Origin: Actinomycetota bacterium
GTDB lineage: Bacteria > Actinomycetota > Actinomycetes > S36-B12
Direction of reading: 5' to 3'
Assembly: GCA_026392575.1 (NCBI GenBank)
Contig: JAPLBU010000419.1
Coordinates: 6,033 to 32,668 of the forward strand
Length of the DNA stretch: 26,636 bases
Positions 9,060 through 16,787 of the stretch are shown piece by piece. A program made the position numbers and the translations under genes. Numbering within the stretch: position 1 is the stretch's first letter; every line of letters begins with the position of its first letter. Below the pieces are notes generated by a model. The model was not told the DNA's origin. It saw only the letters and a program-made list of their open reading frames with translations, and ran no database searches.

Positions 9060-10757
9060 CTAAATGATTGGTGCCGTTTCAGTTCCCAAGACGACGAGCC
9101 CATAGGCCACTGCCCATCGGTGGCCGAGCGCAGCGGCGACGTCAGCCCGGCCGACCACGCCTGCGCCCAGTGCGGGGTTCAGCGCCTCGAGGATCTCGTC
9201 GTCGCCAGCTGGGCCGCCGATGACGATGACATCGTGCAGGGCATTCTTCTCGCGGTGTCCGGCCAGGATGCGGGACAAGTTCGTCGCAAAGACCTGCCGC
9301 TTGAGCGCGAGCCTGATCGCCCGCCATTCGGCGAGCGCGAGCGTGCGCGAGAAGGGCAGGTCGCCGCTCGGGCCACTGGTGGTGATCCACCCGATGCTCC
9401 CGTGGGGCGCCTGGTCGATGGCGAACCTGCGTTCGCCGGACTCGTCGGAACGGACGAAGGGCGAATCGACACGGGAAGCCGGACCGCGCTTGACCCACTC
9501 GGCAGCCCCGGCCGAGATCGACAGTGTGTGCGCCACGGCCGACGTCATAAGCTCGCCGCAGCCCGCTGCCGTCAGGCTCTCCCCAAGGGGCCCGATGGCA
9601 TCGATCGTGCCCCCCCCGAGGTCCACGACCCACGCATCGGCCGAGACCCCCGGGGTGGTGAGCGCCCCTGCCCGGCTCGCCTGTGCCTCCGAGCCGACCA
9701 TGTCGATCCGCCCGCCCCAGACGTCCGAGAATGCCGCGGCAGGTTCATGAATTCCGGTTGCGGGAGACAGAGCCGCCAGCAGCAGTCGGCGTTCGTGGAC
9801 GGATCCCGACCGCAGGCCCGAAAGCTCGGACAGGTCGTCGAGATCCACCAGCCACAGGTCATCGGTATTGACGGGTGCCTCGCCGGAAAGCAGGTACTGG
9901 CAAACGCCGCCCACCGGTGTCATCGCGATGATCGGCAGGGCGTCCATGAGCGCGATCCGTCTACCGTCACGGAATATGGCGGCCGCCTCGTCGAGGGGCT
10001 CAGACCTGATTTCGGTGGTGTCGCGCCGCCTCCCGATCACGGCGCAGCGGTGCCCGTATGTCATTGCGCAGGCTGCACGGACGTGTCCATGATCCGCAGC
10101 GTCGAGGGCCAGGGCCGAGGCGAGCCAGATGGGGTCCGCCAGCGCACGCACGTGGTTCCCCCCGCGCGCCACTTCGACCGCCACGAGCACGCAGGCGAGT
10201 GTGGCGTCGGCGTCCACGCCGTCGACGATGGGAATGCCGTCGCCTGTGCGAGCCGCCACGAGGGCAGCTTCGTCGCCGGCGAGGAGGACGGCGACCACGT
10301 CATGACCTGCGCCCCGCCATTCCAAGATGCGTTCGACGGTCGACCGGTAACCGAGCGGATCGCGGGCCACCAGAACCACGGGCCCGAGGGAGGACGACGG
10401 AATGCCGCCGGTCGCATCCCAGGGATGCCCAACGGCCGCACCATTGCCGGCCGGAGTGGCAACGCCGCTGGAGAGCAGGGTGACGACGCCGGTGTCCGGT
10501 TTCATGGTGGGGACGTCGATCCGCCGCGTGTGCACCGGAACCTGAGGGGTCATCAGCACTCGCTCAACCGGCGACCCTGAGCGCCTCTCGAGGCGGTTGA
10601 GCAGGGCAGCGGCGCCACGCGCGGACTCGGCGGACCCCTTCGCACCGCGGGTCGGGGCCCGATCCCACGCGACGGGCAAGGGTGGTTCGACAGACGAATC
10701 CGCGATGACGATCTCCGTCGTCGAGTTGCCGATGTCGACCCCCGCGACGATCGTCAC
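9060..10757 (-). CDS. pduG: Diol dehydratase reactivase alpha subunit (DdrA/PduG family)
   Basis: N-terminal AGVDIGNSTTE, TRGAKGS, IPIVDGV, VVDLGGGTID, AEWVKRG and VIVIGG: an actin/Hsp70-like ATPase fold. Translationally coupled (GTGA) to the dehydratase small subunit. Confidence 0.88.
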   Translation of the reverse strand: MTIVAGVDIGNSTTEIVIADSSVEPPLPVAWDRAPTRGAKGSAESARGAAALLNRLERRSGSPVERVLMTPQVPVHTRRIDVPTMKPDTGVVTLLSSGVATPAGNGAAVGHPWDATGGIPSSSLGPVVLVARDPLGYRSTVERILEWRGAGHDVVAVLLAGDEAALVAARTGDGIPIVDGVDADATLACVLVAVEVARGGNHVRALADPIWLASALALDAADHGHVRAACAMTYGHRCAVIGRRRDTTEIRSEPLDEAAAIFRDGRRIALMDALPIIAMTPVGGVCQYLLSGEAPVNTDDLWLVDLDDLSELSGLRSGSVHERRLLLAALSPATGIHEPAAAFSDVWGGRIDMVGSEAQASRAGALTTPGVSADAWVVDLGGGTIDAIGPLGESLTAAGCGELMTSAVAHTLSISAGAAEWVKRGPASRVDSPFVRSDESGERRFAIDQAPHGSIGWITTSGPSGDLPFSRTLALAEWRAIRLALKRQVFATNLSRILAGHREKNALHDVIVIGGPAGDDEILEALNPALGAGVVGRADVAAALGHRWAVAYGLVVLGTETAPII

Positions 10758-11110
10758 CTCAGGAGGCCCCGCTCGAGGTAGATGCCGGCGGCCTCGCGCA
10801 CGAGGGCGGCATTGAGCACGGCGCCGCGGGCCTCGAGGTCGGCGGCGACTGCCTCGAAATCCTCGCGCGTGGACCGCCGTGGGCGAAGCGCCTCGTAGAT
10901 GCCCATGACCAGCGAGTCAGGCAGCAACGCCAACTCGGCTGCACGGCGGAAGTTGGCCGCCAATTGCGGATTGCCGTGCTCCTCGGCGATCTGGGCCTGG
11001 ATCTCGAGGGTCTGCGGGTGGATGCGGACGTCCTCGATGTCGACGTCGCCGGCCCGGAGCGCGTCCAGGGTCACCTCGGAGACGGGTCGTCCCGACTTGG
11101 CGAGAGTCAC
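10754..11110 (-). CDS. pduE: B12-dependent diol dehydratase small (gamma) subunit
   Basis: Motifs SGRPVSEVTL, DVRIHPQTLEIQAQIAE.HG.PQLAANFRRAAEL, YEALRPRRST and VREAA. Start GTG 11110 follows AAGGAG and overlaps the upstream stop. Confidence 0.92.
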   Translation of the reverse strand: MTLAKSGRPVSEVTLDALRAGDVDIEDVRIHPQTLEIQAQIAEEHGNPQLAANFRRAAELALLPDSLVMGIYEALRPRRSTREDFEAVAADLEARGAVLNAALVREAAGIYLERGLLR

Positions 11111-13371
11111 GGTGCCACTCCTTCCAGGGACATGAGCTCGGGTCGGGCCGTCGGGCCGCACCACTGACGTTCAATCGCTACGAGCGACACGACGGTCGTG
11201 TGGTAGCGGGCTTCGATGGCCTCGTCGGAGTAGGGATTGCGCTCGGGCTCGGGGGTGGCGCCCTTGGCATGACGCCCGGCGTTGATGCCCATCTGCCGGT
11301 AGGAGGCCCGCGTCAGGGAAGGAGCGACGCTGTAGAGCTCGAGATTCGCAAGCGGAGTGAGGTCTCGACGGTGGATGAGTGCGGTTCCCTTGGCCTGCAG
11401 CCCGATGCCGATGCCTGACCCTGCCATCCGTGCGGCCGTCAGGCCGATGAGGCCGAGGTCGATCGTGTCGTTCACGCGCACGATGCGACCGACGCAGCCC
11501 TCCTCCTCCAGGCCGGCGAGCAGTTCATCAAGGGCCTGGGTGACCGTGAGTCCCGACAGTGTCCGCCAGATGGCGCGCCCGGCTGCGGGTGACAGGCCGA
11601 TGACGACGTCGCGTGGGTCGTGGCCGGCCGTGGCCGGCCCGACCGCGGTGAGCGCGGCACTGCGGTAGGAGCCCTGCTCCACGCGCAGGTCTTCGACGGA
11701 GCGCTCCTGCCGGATCGCGTCGATCTCGGCCTGGCGCTGAGGCGTGGGGACGTAGCCCGTGCCGGGGCCGGCGTAGTCATTGGGATCCGTGACGAGCGAG
11801 AGCACCTCCATGTCCTCGGTGAAGATCGCCGCGGTCTGTAGGTAGTCCCCGTGGACTCGCGCATGAAGCATGTCCAGCAAGCGTTCTGCCTCGATCTCGT
11901 AGCCGGCCTCGTCCAGGGCCAGGACGACGTCGAGCATCGTCACGTTCGTGTCGCGGATGAGCCGCGAGGCGGTGAGTGGCGTCATGAGATCGGCATCGGG
12001 GACGTCCTTGCTGCCGGCGGCGTCCACCGCCTGTGCCATCCAGGCTTCGGTGAAGTCGCCCAGTCCCAGGATCCGATAGACGTCGCGGACGGCCTCGACG
12101 GCCCGCTGCCGCAGCGCCGCCACGTGGGGCTCGGCCGCCGTGCGCAGGCCACCGTCGACGCCCCAGTCGCGCTGCATCGCCAGGAAGTCGTCGATGTCCT
12201 CGGCGTTCCACTGGCTTGGGCCGAACATGTTGTCGTAGCGCTGGATGGAGCCGAAGCCGCTGCAGATGAAGTCGGAGCCACCGATGAAGATCGGGTGGGT
12301 GCGAGACGTGCGCCGGACGTCGGACTCGCTCATCAGGGCGTCGTTCCCCGTGCACGCCTCGAGGTTGCGCAGCATCACCATCAGGTTCTCGGCCATCAGG
12401 CTGCGCACCCCGCCAGGGACCGCACCGGCCACGGATGCCGAGTCGATGCCGCCGTTCTGCACGCCCTGTGACCCGATGGCCCGAGCGAGGGCCACGCACC
12501 GCGCCTCGAGGTAGAACATGGACCGGCCCTCGGCGCTGCCCATCAGCGCTTCGGCGCCGCCGCCCGAGGTCACCCGCATCTTGATGCCGCGACTTGCGTA
12601 GGCCGAGGTCAGGAAGGCCTTCGACCAGGGGGTGTCGTCGCCGTCGATGAAGATCTGCTCGGTGCCGTAGAGCGATACGGTCTCGGCGTACGACACGAGT
12701 CCGCGCATCCCCATCTCCAGCTCGAGGGCCTCCTCGACGGAGCACTGGACGAGAATTCCCCGCGACGCGACTGCCGCGCCGATGCTGACCGCGATCGCGT
12801 TGGAGGGGGCGTCACCGAGGACGGGAACCGTCGTCTCGATCTCGCGGAACCCGAACGCGGCAGCCGTGGCGGCGTCGGCGGCGAGCAGCAGCGGATCGTC
12901 GGAACGGTTCGTGACGTGTGCTTGGTTGCTGGGCGTGCGACGCGCCCGGCACTTCGTCATCGCGATAACCAGTTCGGCCGGTCGCAGGAGTGCGAGCACC
13001 TGCGCGAGCTTGGCCGGCGTCATGCCGGCCGCGAGGCGGACGACCTCGGCGCGAGACGTTCCCAGGTCCACGATCATGCGGGCGAACGCCAGGTTGTCGA
13101 TGGCCATCGCCTCGGCGGCCACCCCGAGGTCGAGACCGTGCACGGAGATGAAGGTGTCGATGATGTCGAACTGCGCCGCGGCCCGGAAGTCCATCTCGAC
13201 GACCCGGCCGTCGACGATGCTCAGCGACGGCTGCGGGTCCGCGGGGGAATCGAAGGCGATCAGGCCGAGCGAGGCGTCCTCGACGGCGAACCCGTCGAGA
13301 TTGACGCGCTGCTGATCCATGAAGCGGAATCGGCCGATCGGCTGCCTGGGCTCCCGCTCGTCGACGGTCAT
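11107..13371 (-). CDS. pduC: B12-dependent diol dehydratase, fused large (alpha, PduC-like) and medium (beta, PduD-like) subunits, 754 aa
   Basis: Alpha motifs NQAHVTN, EIETTV, YAETVS.YGTE, DGDDTPWSK, QNG, GND, YDNMF and NDYAGPGTGY run in frame into beta motifs VVIGLSPA, AGLEEEG, SGIGIGLQAKGT and NLELY. ATG 13371 has an ATGA overlap. Confidence 0.95.
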   Translation of the reverse strand: MTVDEREPRQPIGRFRFMDQQRVNLDGFAVEDASLGLIAFDSPADPQPSLSIVDGRVVEMDFRAAAQFDIIDTFISVHGLDLGVAAEAMAIDNLAFARMIVDLGTSRAEVVRLAAGMTPAKLAQVLALLRPAELVIAMTKCRARRTPSNQAHVTNRSDDPLLLAADAATAAAFGFREIETTVPVLGDAPSNAIAVSIGAAVASRGILVQCSVEEALELEMGMRGLVSYAETVSLYGTEQIFIDGDDTPWSKAFLTSAYASRGIKMRVTSGGGAEALMGSAEGRSMFYLEARCVALARAIGSQGVQNGGIDSASVAGAVPGGVRSLMAENLMVMLRNLEACTGNDALMSESDVRRTSRTHPIFIGGSDFICSGFGSIQRYDNMFGPSQWNAEDIDDFLAMQRDWGVDGGLRTAAEPHVAALRQRAVEAVRDVYRILGLGDFTEAWMAQAVDAAGSKDVPDADLMTPLTASRLIRDTNVTMLDVVLALDEAGYEIEAERLLDMLHARVHGDYLQTAAIFTEDMEVLSLVTDPNDYAGPGTGYVPTPQRQAEIDAIRQERSVEDLRVEQGSYRSAALTAVGPATAGHDPRDVVIGLSPAAGRAIWRTLSGLTVTQALDELLAGLEEEGCVGRIVRVNDTIDLGLIGLTAARMAGSGIGIGLQAKGTALIHRRDLTPLANLELYSVAPSLTRASYRQMGINAGRHAKGATPEPERNPYSDEAIEARYHTTVVSLVAIERQWCGPTARPELMSLEGVAP

Positions 13372-13802
13372 GCGTGAACCTCGTCCTCGAAGGTTGCGGC
13401 GGCGGCCTCGGCGGCTGTCCTGTCCTGGGTGGCGCTTCCGCCGCTGACTCCGACGGCACCCACGACGCGATCGCCGTCCCACAGTGGGACGCCGCCCGCG
13501 AAGGCGATGTATCGGCCTTGATCGGCAGAGTTCATGCCCGCGAGGTCGGCGCCGGGCTGCACGAGGGGGGTGAGCTCATGCGTGGCGATCCGGTGGGCCA
13601 CGGCCGTGAAGGCCTTGTCACGCGCGAGGACTGGCCCGGCGATCTCCGCCCCGTCCATGCGTTCGAAGGAGATGAGGTGGCCGCCGGCATCGACGATCGC
13701 GACGGACACCAGCGCGCCTGCGGCGCTCGCTGACACCCGTGCGGCCCCGCTCATGCGCTGCGCGAGGTCTAGGTCCACCTCGTGTCGGGTCACGCGTGCC
13801 AT
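13368..13802 (-). CDS. GlcG/HbpS-family heme-binding protein (like the PduO C-terminal domain or DhaG)
   Basis: Motifs VAIVDAGG....ERMDGA, A.DKAFTA, GGVPL..G.VVGAVGVSGGS..QD. Confidence 0.88.
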   Translation of the reverse strand: MARVTRHEVDLDLAQRMSGAARVSASAAGALVSVAIVDAGGHLISFERMDGAEIAGPVLARDKAFTAVAHRIATHELTPLVQPGADLAGMNSADQGRYIAFAGGVPLWDGDRVVGAVGVSGGSATQDRTAAEAAAATFEDEVHA

Positions 13803-14815
13803 GATGCCGCCTTCCGTCGCAGTTCCGCGTGCTTGCCGTCCATGGCGATCGCGCCACCGAGTACTGACTTCGGGACCTTGCAGACCACTGTGTAGGCGGT
13901 GTCGACGACGTTCGCGATGGGGGTCAGTGCCGTCTGCGAGACGAATTGGTAGGAGTCGATGGCGCTCTGCCCCGTCAGCTCAGCCACCCAGAGCACCATC
14001 TGGTGGTGGGCGATGCGGAAGGCGTCCTCCAGCGGACGCGCCGACCCGGTGGTCATGATGTAGCCGTCGCTCTCGATCCGGGGCCAGGCCGTGGGTCGGC
14101 CGCGCACGACGTCGAGGATGACCGTGGTGTCCATTGCACACTCGACGGCGACGCCGCAGGTCTCTCCCTCGCCCTGTCGCGCGTGTCCGTCGCCAAGGCT
14201 GAAGAGAGCCCCCTCGACGTTGACGCCGAGGTAGCACGTCACCCCCGCCCGCATCTCCGGTGTGTCCATGTTGCCGCCCCAGTCGCCGGGGGCCAAGGAC
14301 GAGCGCACCTCGCTCAATGCGGGCGCCACGCCGACGGTGCCATGCATCGGATCGAGGGGAAGGGCTGCGGTGAACGGGGTATCGGCGGCAAGGTAGCGGA
14401 CCACGGACTCCGCTCGGTCGATCTCGTAGATCCAGGTGCGCTCGAGCAGGGAGGTGTGCAGCATCGCGGTCATCGGAGTCGAGGTGAGCGCTCCGAAGAA
14501 CGGGACCGTTGAGCTGACGCCCCACGATTCGCGAGGCTCGATGGAGACGAAATGCACGGCGAGGGTGTCGCCGAGCATGGCGCCCTCGACGTAGAAGGGT
14601 CCGGACTGGGGATTCAGCAGCCGCGGGTCGCAGACTTCGCTGGCCATGTCAGAAGTCGAGCGCACGCGCCCGCCGAAACAGTCCATCGTCCAAGTCGACA
14701 GCAGGGTTCCGGGCCGTATCGACGCCACCGGAGCGACCCCGCCGAAGGTGTAGGTGTAGGTCGTGGGGTCCGCGCCGGCATCGGGCTCCCACCGGAATTC
14801 CTGCGGTGCGGTCAC
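13790..14815 (-). CDS. Acetamidase/formamidase family amidohydrolase
   Basis: Motifs NPQSGPFYVEGAM.GDTL, PMHGTVGVAP, GGNMD, GALFSLGDGHARQGEGETCGVAVE. GTG 14815 follows GGAG. Confidence 0.9.
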   Translation of the reverse strand: MTAPQEFRWEPDAGADPTTYTYTFGGVAPVASIRPGTLLSTWTMDCFGGRVRSTSDMASEVCDPRLLNPQSGPFYVEGAMLGDTLAVHFVSIEPRESWGVSSTVPFFGALTSTPMTAMLHTSLLERTWIYEIDRAESVVRYLAADTPFTAALPLDPMHGTVGVAPALSEVRSSLAPGDWGGNMDTPEMRAGVTCYLGVNVEGALFSLGDGHARQGEGETCGVAVECAMDTTVILDVVRGRPTAWPRIESDGYIMTTGSARPLEDAFRIAHHQMVLWVAELTGQSAIDSYQFVSQTALTPIANVVDTAYTVVCKVPKSVLGGAIAMDGKHAELRRKAASWHA

Positions 14816-14855
14816 GGTTCGCTCCAAGGGGTCGCGGGTTGCGTCAGTGGGAACA

Positions 14856-14897
14856 GCATGAGGGGTGCATGGCCGACTGGCGATGCACCCCTCATGC
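14856..14897 (-). terminator. Perfect 15-bp stem-loop between the permease and amidase genes
   Basis: GCATGAGGGGTGCAT-N12-ATGCACCCCTCATGC, with no U-tract on either strand. Confidence 0.7.
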
Positions 14898-14908
14898 CGT
14901 GAGCGTGC

Positions 14909-16522
14909 TCAGACGCGCTCGTGCGCCTCTTCGATCGTCGTGCGCCCGATCTCCGCATAGATCTCCGGCCTCTTGGCCTTGAGGTAGAGCGCGTATACGA
15001 CGCCGATCCCGAACAGGCCGACGATGTAGTACGGCATCCACTGGAACACCATGCTGTCGGCGGCGAGGCCGGCCGCGAAGTTGCGGTTCGACCACAGCAG
15101 CCACAGGACGTACAGCATGCCGGCGGCGCCGATGAGCGGCGCCACGAAGGTCGACAAGAAGTTGCCCTTGTGCACCTTCTTGACCCAGAAGAACCAGAGC
15201 ACCGCTATCGACGTTATCGACTGGACGATGAGTACCATCGCCGTTCCGATGATGGCAAGCAGGCCGTACACGTTGACGTAGGGGATCAAGTCAGGCGTGG
15301 CGACCGGATTGCCGTTGGCGTCCGCCACGTAGACGTTCGTGAACAGCTGGAACAGCACCAGCAGCAGGATCGTGATGCCCGTCTGGGTGAACGAGGCGAT
15401 CGCGGGGGACCCGTGCTTGTGGTTCACGTGGCCCAGGGTTCTGCGCACGACGGGAGCCACGCTCTCGCGGCCCATCGCGTACAGGTATCGCGCCGCTGCG
15501 TTGTGGAAGGCAAGCGCGCACGCGAAGGATCCGAGGACGACGAGGAACTTGTAGACATTGACCATGAAGCCACCGAAGTTCTGGTCGACAAGCCCGATCC
15601 ACAGGTCGATCGGGCTCGCGCCGGCGGAGAGTTCGACGGACGCCTGCGCGCCGTTGCCCACGACGACCATCCAGGACAGGAACGTGTAGAAGATCCCCAG
15701 GCCGATCACCGCGATCATGGTGGCGAGGGGGACGTTGCGCTTCGGGTTCTTGGACTCCTCGCCGTACACGGCGGTGGTCTCGTATCCGATCCAGGACCAG
15801 AACGCGAAGAAGATGCCGATGGCTGCGATACCGGCGGCCGCACCGGACCCGTAGGCGTCTGCTGGCAGGGAGACGAAGGCTGCGGCCGGACTGACCGTAT
15901 CGGCGACCATGAAGCCGTCCGGCCCGCCCTTGAAGAGCACCGAGACGCCGAGCGCGGTCAGGAGCAGCACCTCGCAGATGAGCGTGACGCCGAGGATGCC
16001 AGCGGCGAGGGTCACCGAGTAGTAGGTCAGAGCCGCGATGACGAGGCAGGCGATGATGCCGATGATGAGCCAGTGGACGTTGAAGCCCATAGGCGCGAGC
16101 ACGTAGTCGGATGCGAAGTACGCGAACGCTCCGATGAGGGACCCCTCGAACACGATGTAGGCCACTGCCGCCAGCATCCCGGACGCCATGCCCCAGACCT
16201 GGCCCAGGCCGTGGGAGATGAACCCGTAGAAGGCGCCGGCAGTGGTGACGTGGCGGGCCATCGCGACGAAGCCCACCGTGAAGATGGCGAGCACGATCAT
16301 CGCGAACAGGTAGCCACCCGATGCGCCGATGCCGTTGCCGTAGCCGACGGCGATCGGGACGTTGAATGTCATGGCCGTGATGGGCGCGGCGTTGGCCACC
16401 GCCATGAACAGGACACCGAGCAGGCCGACCGCGCCGGCCTTCAGCCGGGCAGCGTCCTTTTCGGGAACGACGTGGTCGCCGGGCAGGGCGTGGGGCCCGT
16501 CCTCGATGTTGCTCGTAGTCAT
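14909..16522 (-). CDS. APC-family amino acid/amine permease
   Basis: About 12 hydrophobic segments with ANAAPITAM, FYGFISHGLG and WIGYETTAVYGEESKNP. RBS GAAAGGA. Confidence 0.92.
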   Translation of the reverse strand: MTTSNIEDGPHALPGDHVVPEKDAARLKAGAVGLLGVLFMAVANAAPITAMTFNVPIAVGYGNGIGASGGYLFAMIVLAIFTVGFVAMARHVTTAGAFYGFISHGLGQVWGMASGMLAAVAYIVFEGSLIGAFAYFASDYVLAPMGFNVHWLIIGIIACLVIAALTYYSVTLAAGILGVTLICEVLLLTALGVSVLFKGGPDGFMVADTVSPAAAFVSLPADAYGSGAAAGIAAIGIFFAFWSWIGYETTAVYGEESKNPKRNVPLATMIAVIGLGIFYTFLSWMVVVGNGAQASVELSAGASPIDLWIGLVDQNFGGFMVNVYKFLVVLGSFACALAFHNAAARYLYAMGRESVAPVVRRTLGHVNHKHGSPAIASFTQTGITILLLVLFQLFTNVYVADANGNPVATPDLIPYVNVYGLLAIIGTAMVLIVQSITSIAVLWFFWVKKVHKGNFLSTFVAPLIGAAGMLYVLWLLWSNRNFAAGLAADSMVFQWMPYYIVGLFGIGVVYALYLKAKRPEIYAEIGRTTIEEAHERV

Positions 16523-16786
16523 GGACCATCCTTTCGGACGAAGACCTGCGTGATGCAGATCACGTGCGCCGGATTATCGCGCTAACGGCGGACCGTTACA
16601 AGCATTTTCCACTATTCCGGTCTGGAATTCTTCCAACACTTATGTCAATACGGTCTAGCTTCTTGACCGTAATCCGCCGAATACCTATGCGAATCGGCCA
16701 TGCGGAGGGGCCGAGCATGATCGGAGGAGGGGAGAAATCTCCCCTTTGGGCCTTGCTTTGGTCTGTTTTTTCGGTATGGTAATCAA
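16523..16786. promoter_or_regulatory. Divergent control region with several inverted repeats
   Basis: More AT-rich than flanking genes. Inverted repeats TAACGG-N4-CCGTTA (16583-16598), TACGGTCTAG-N3-CTTGACCGTA (16649-16671) and AGGGGAGA-N2-TCTCCCCT (16728-16745). Confidence 0.7.
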
Positions 16787-16787
16787 G
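16753..16787 (+). promoter_or_regulatory. Putative housekeeping-sigma promoter giving a leaderless transcript of the BMC operon
   Basis: TTGCTT (16753-58)-N16-TATGGT (16775-80)-N6-GTG start, with no Shine-Dalgarno before the GTG. Confidence 0.5.

Noticed and set aside
8734-9063. 109-aa ORF in the convergent spacer as a possible reactivase beta subunit
   Set aside because: Wrong strand for the operon, no clear RBS and no resemblance to DdrB/PduH.
9120-10580. 486-aa + strand ORF
   Set aside because: Antisense shadow of the reactivase gene; no recognisable motifs, typical of high-GC DNA.
14921-16585. 554-aa + strand ORF
   Set aside because: Antisense shadow of the APC permease.
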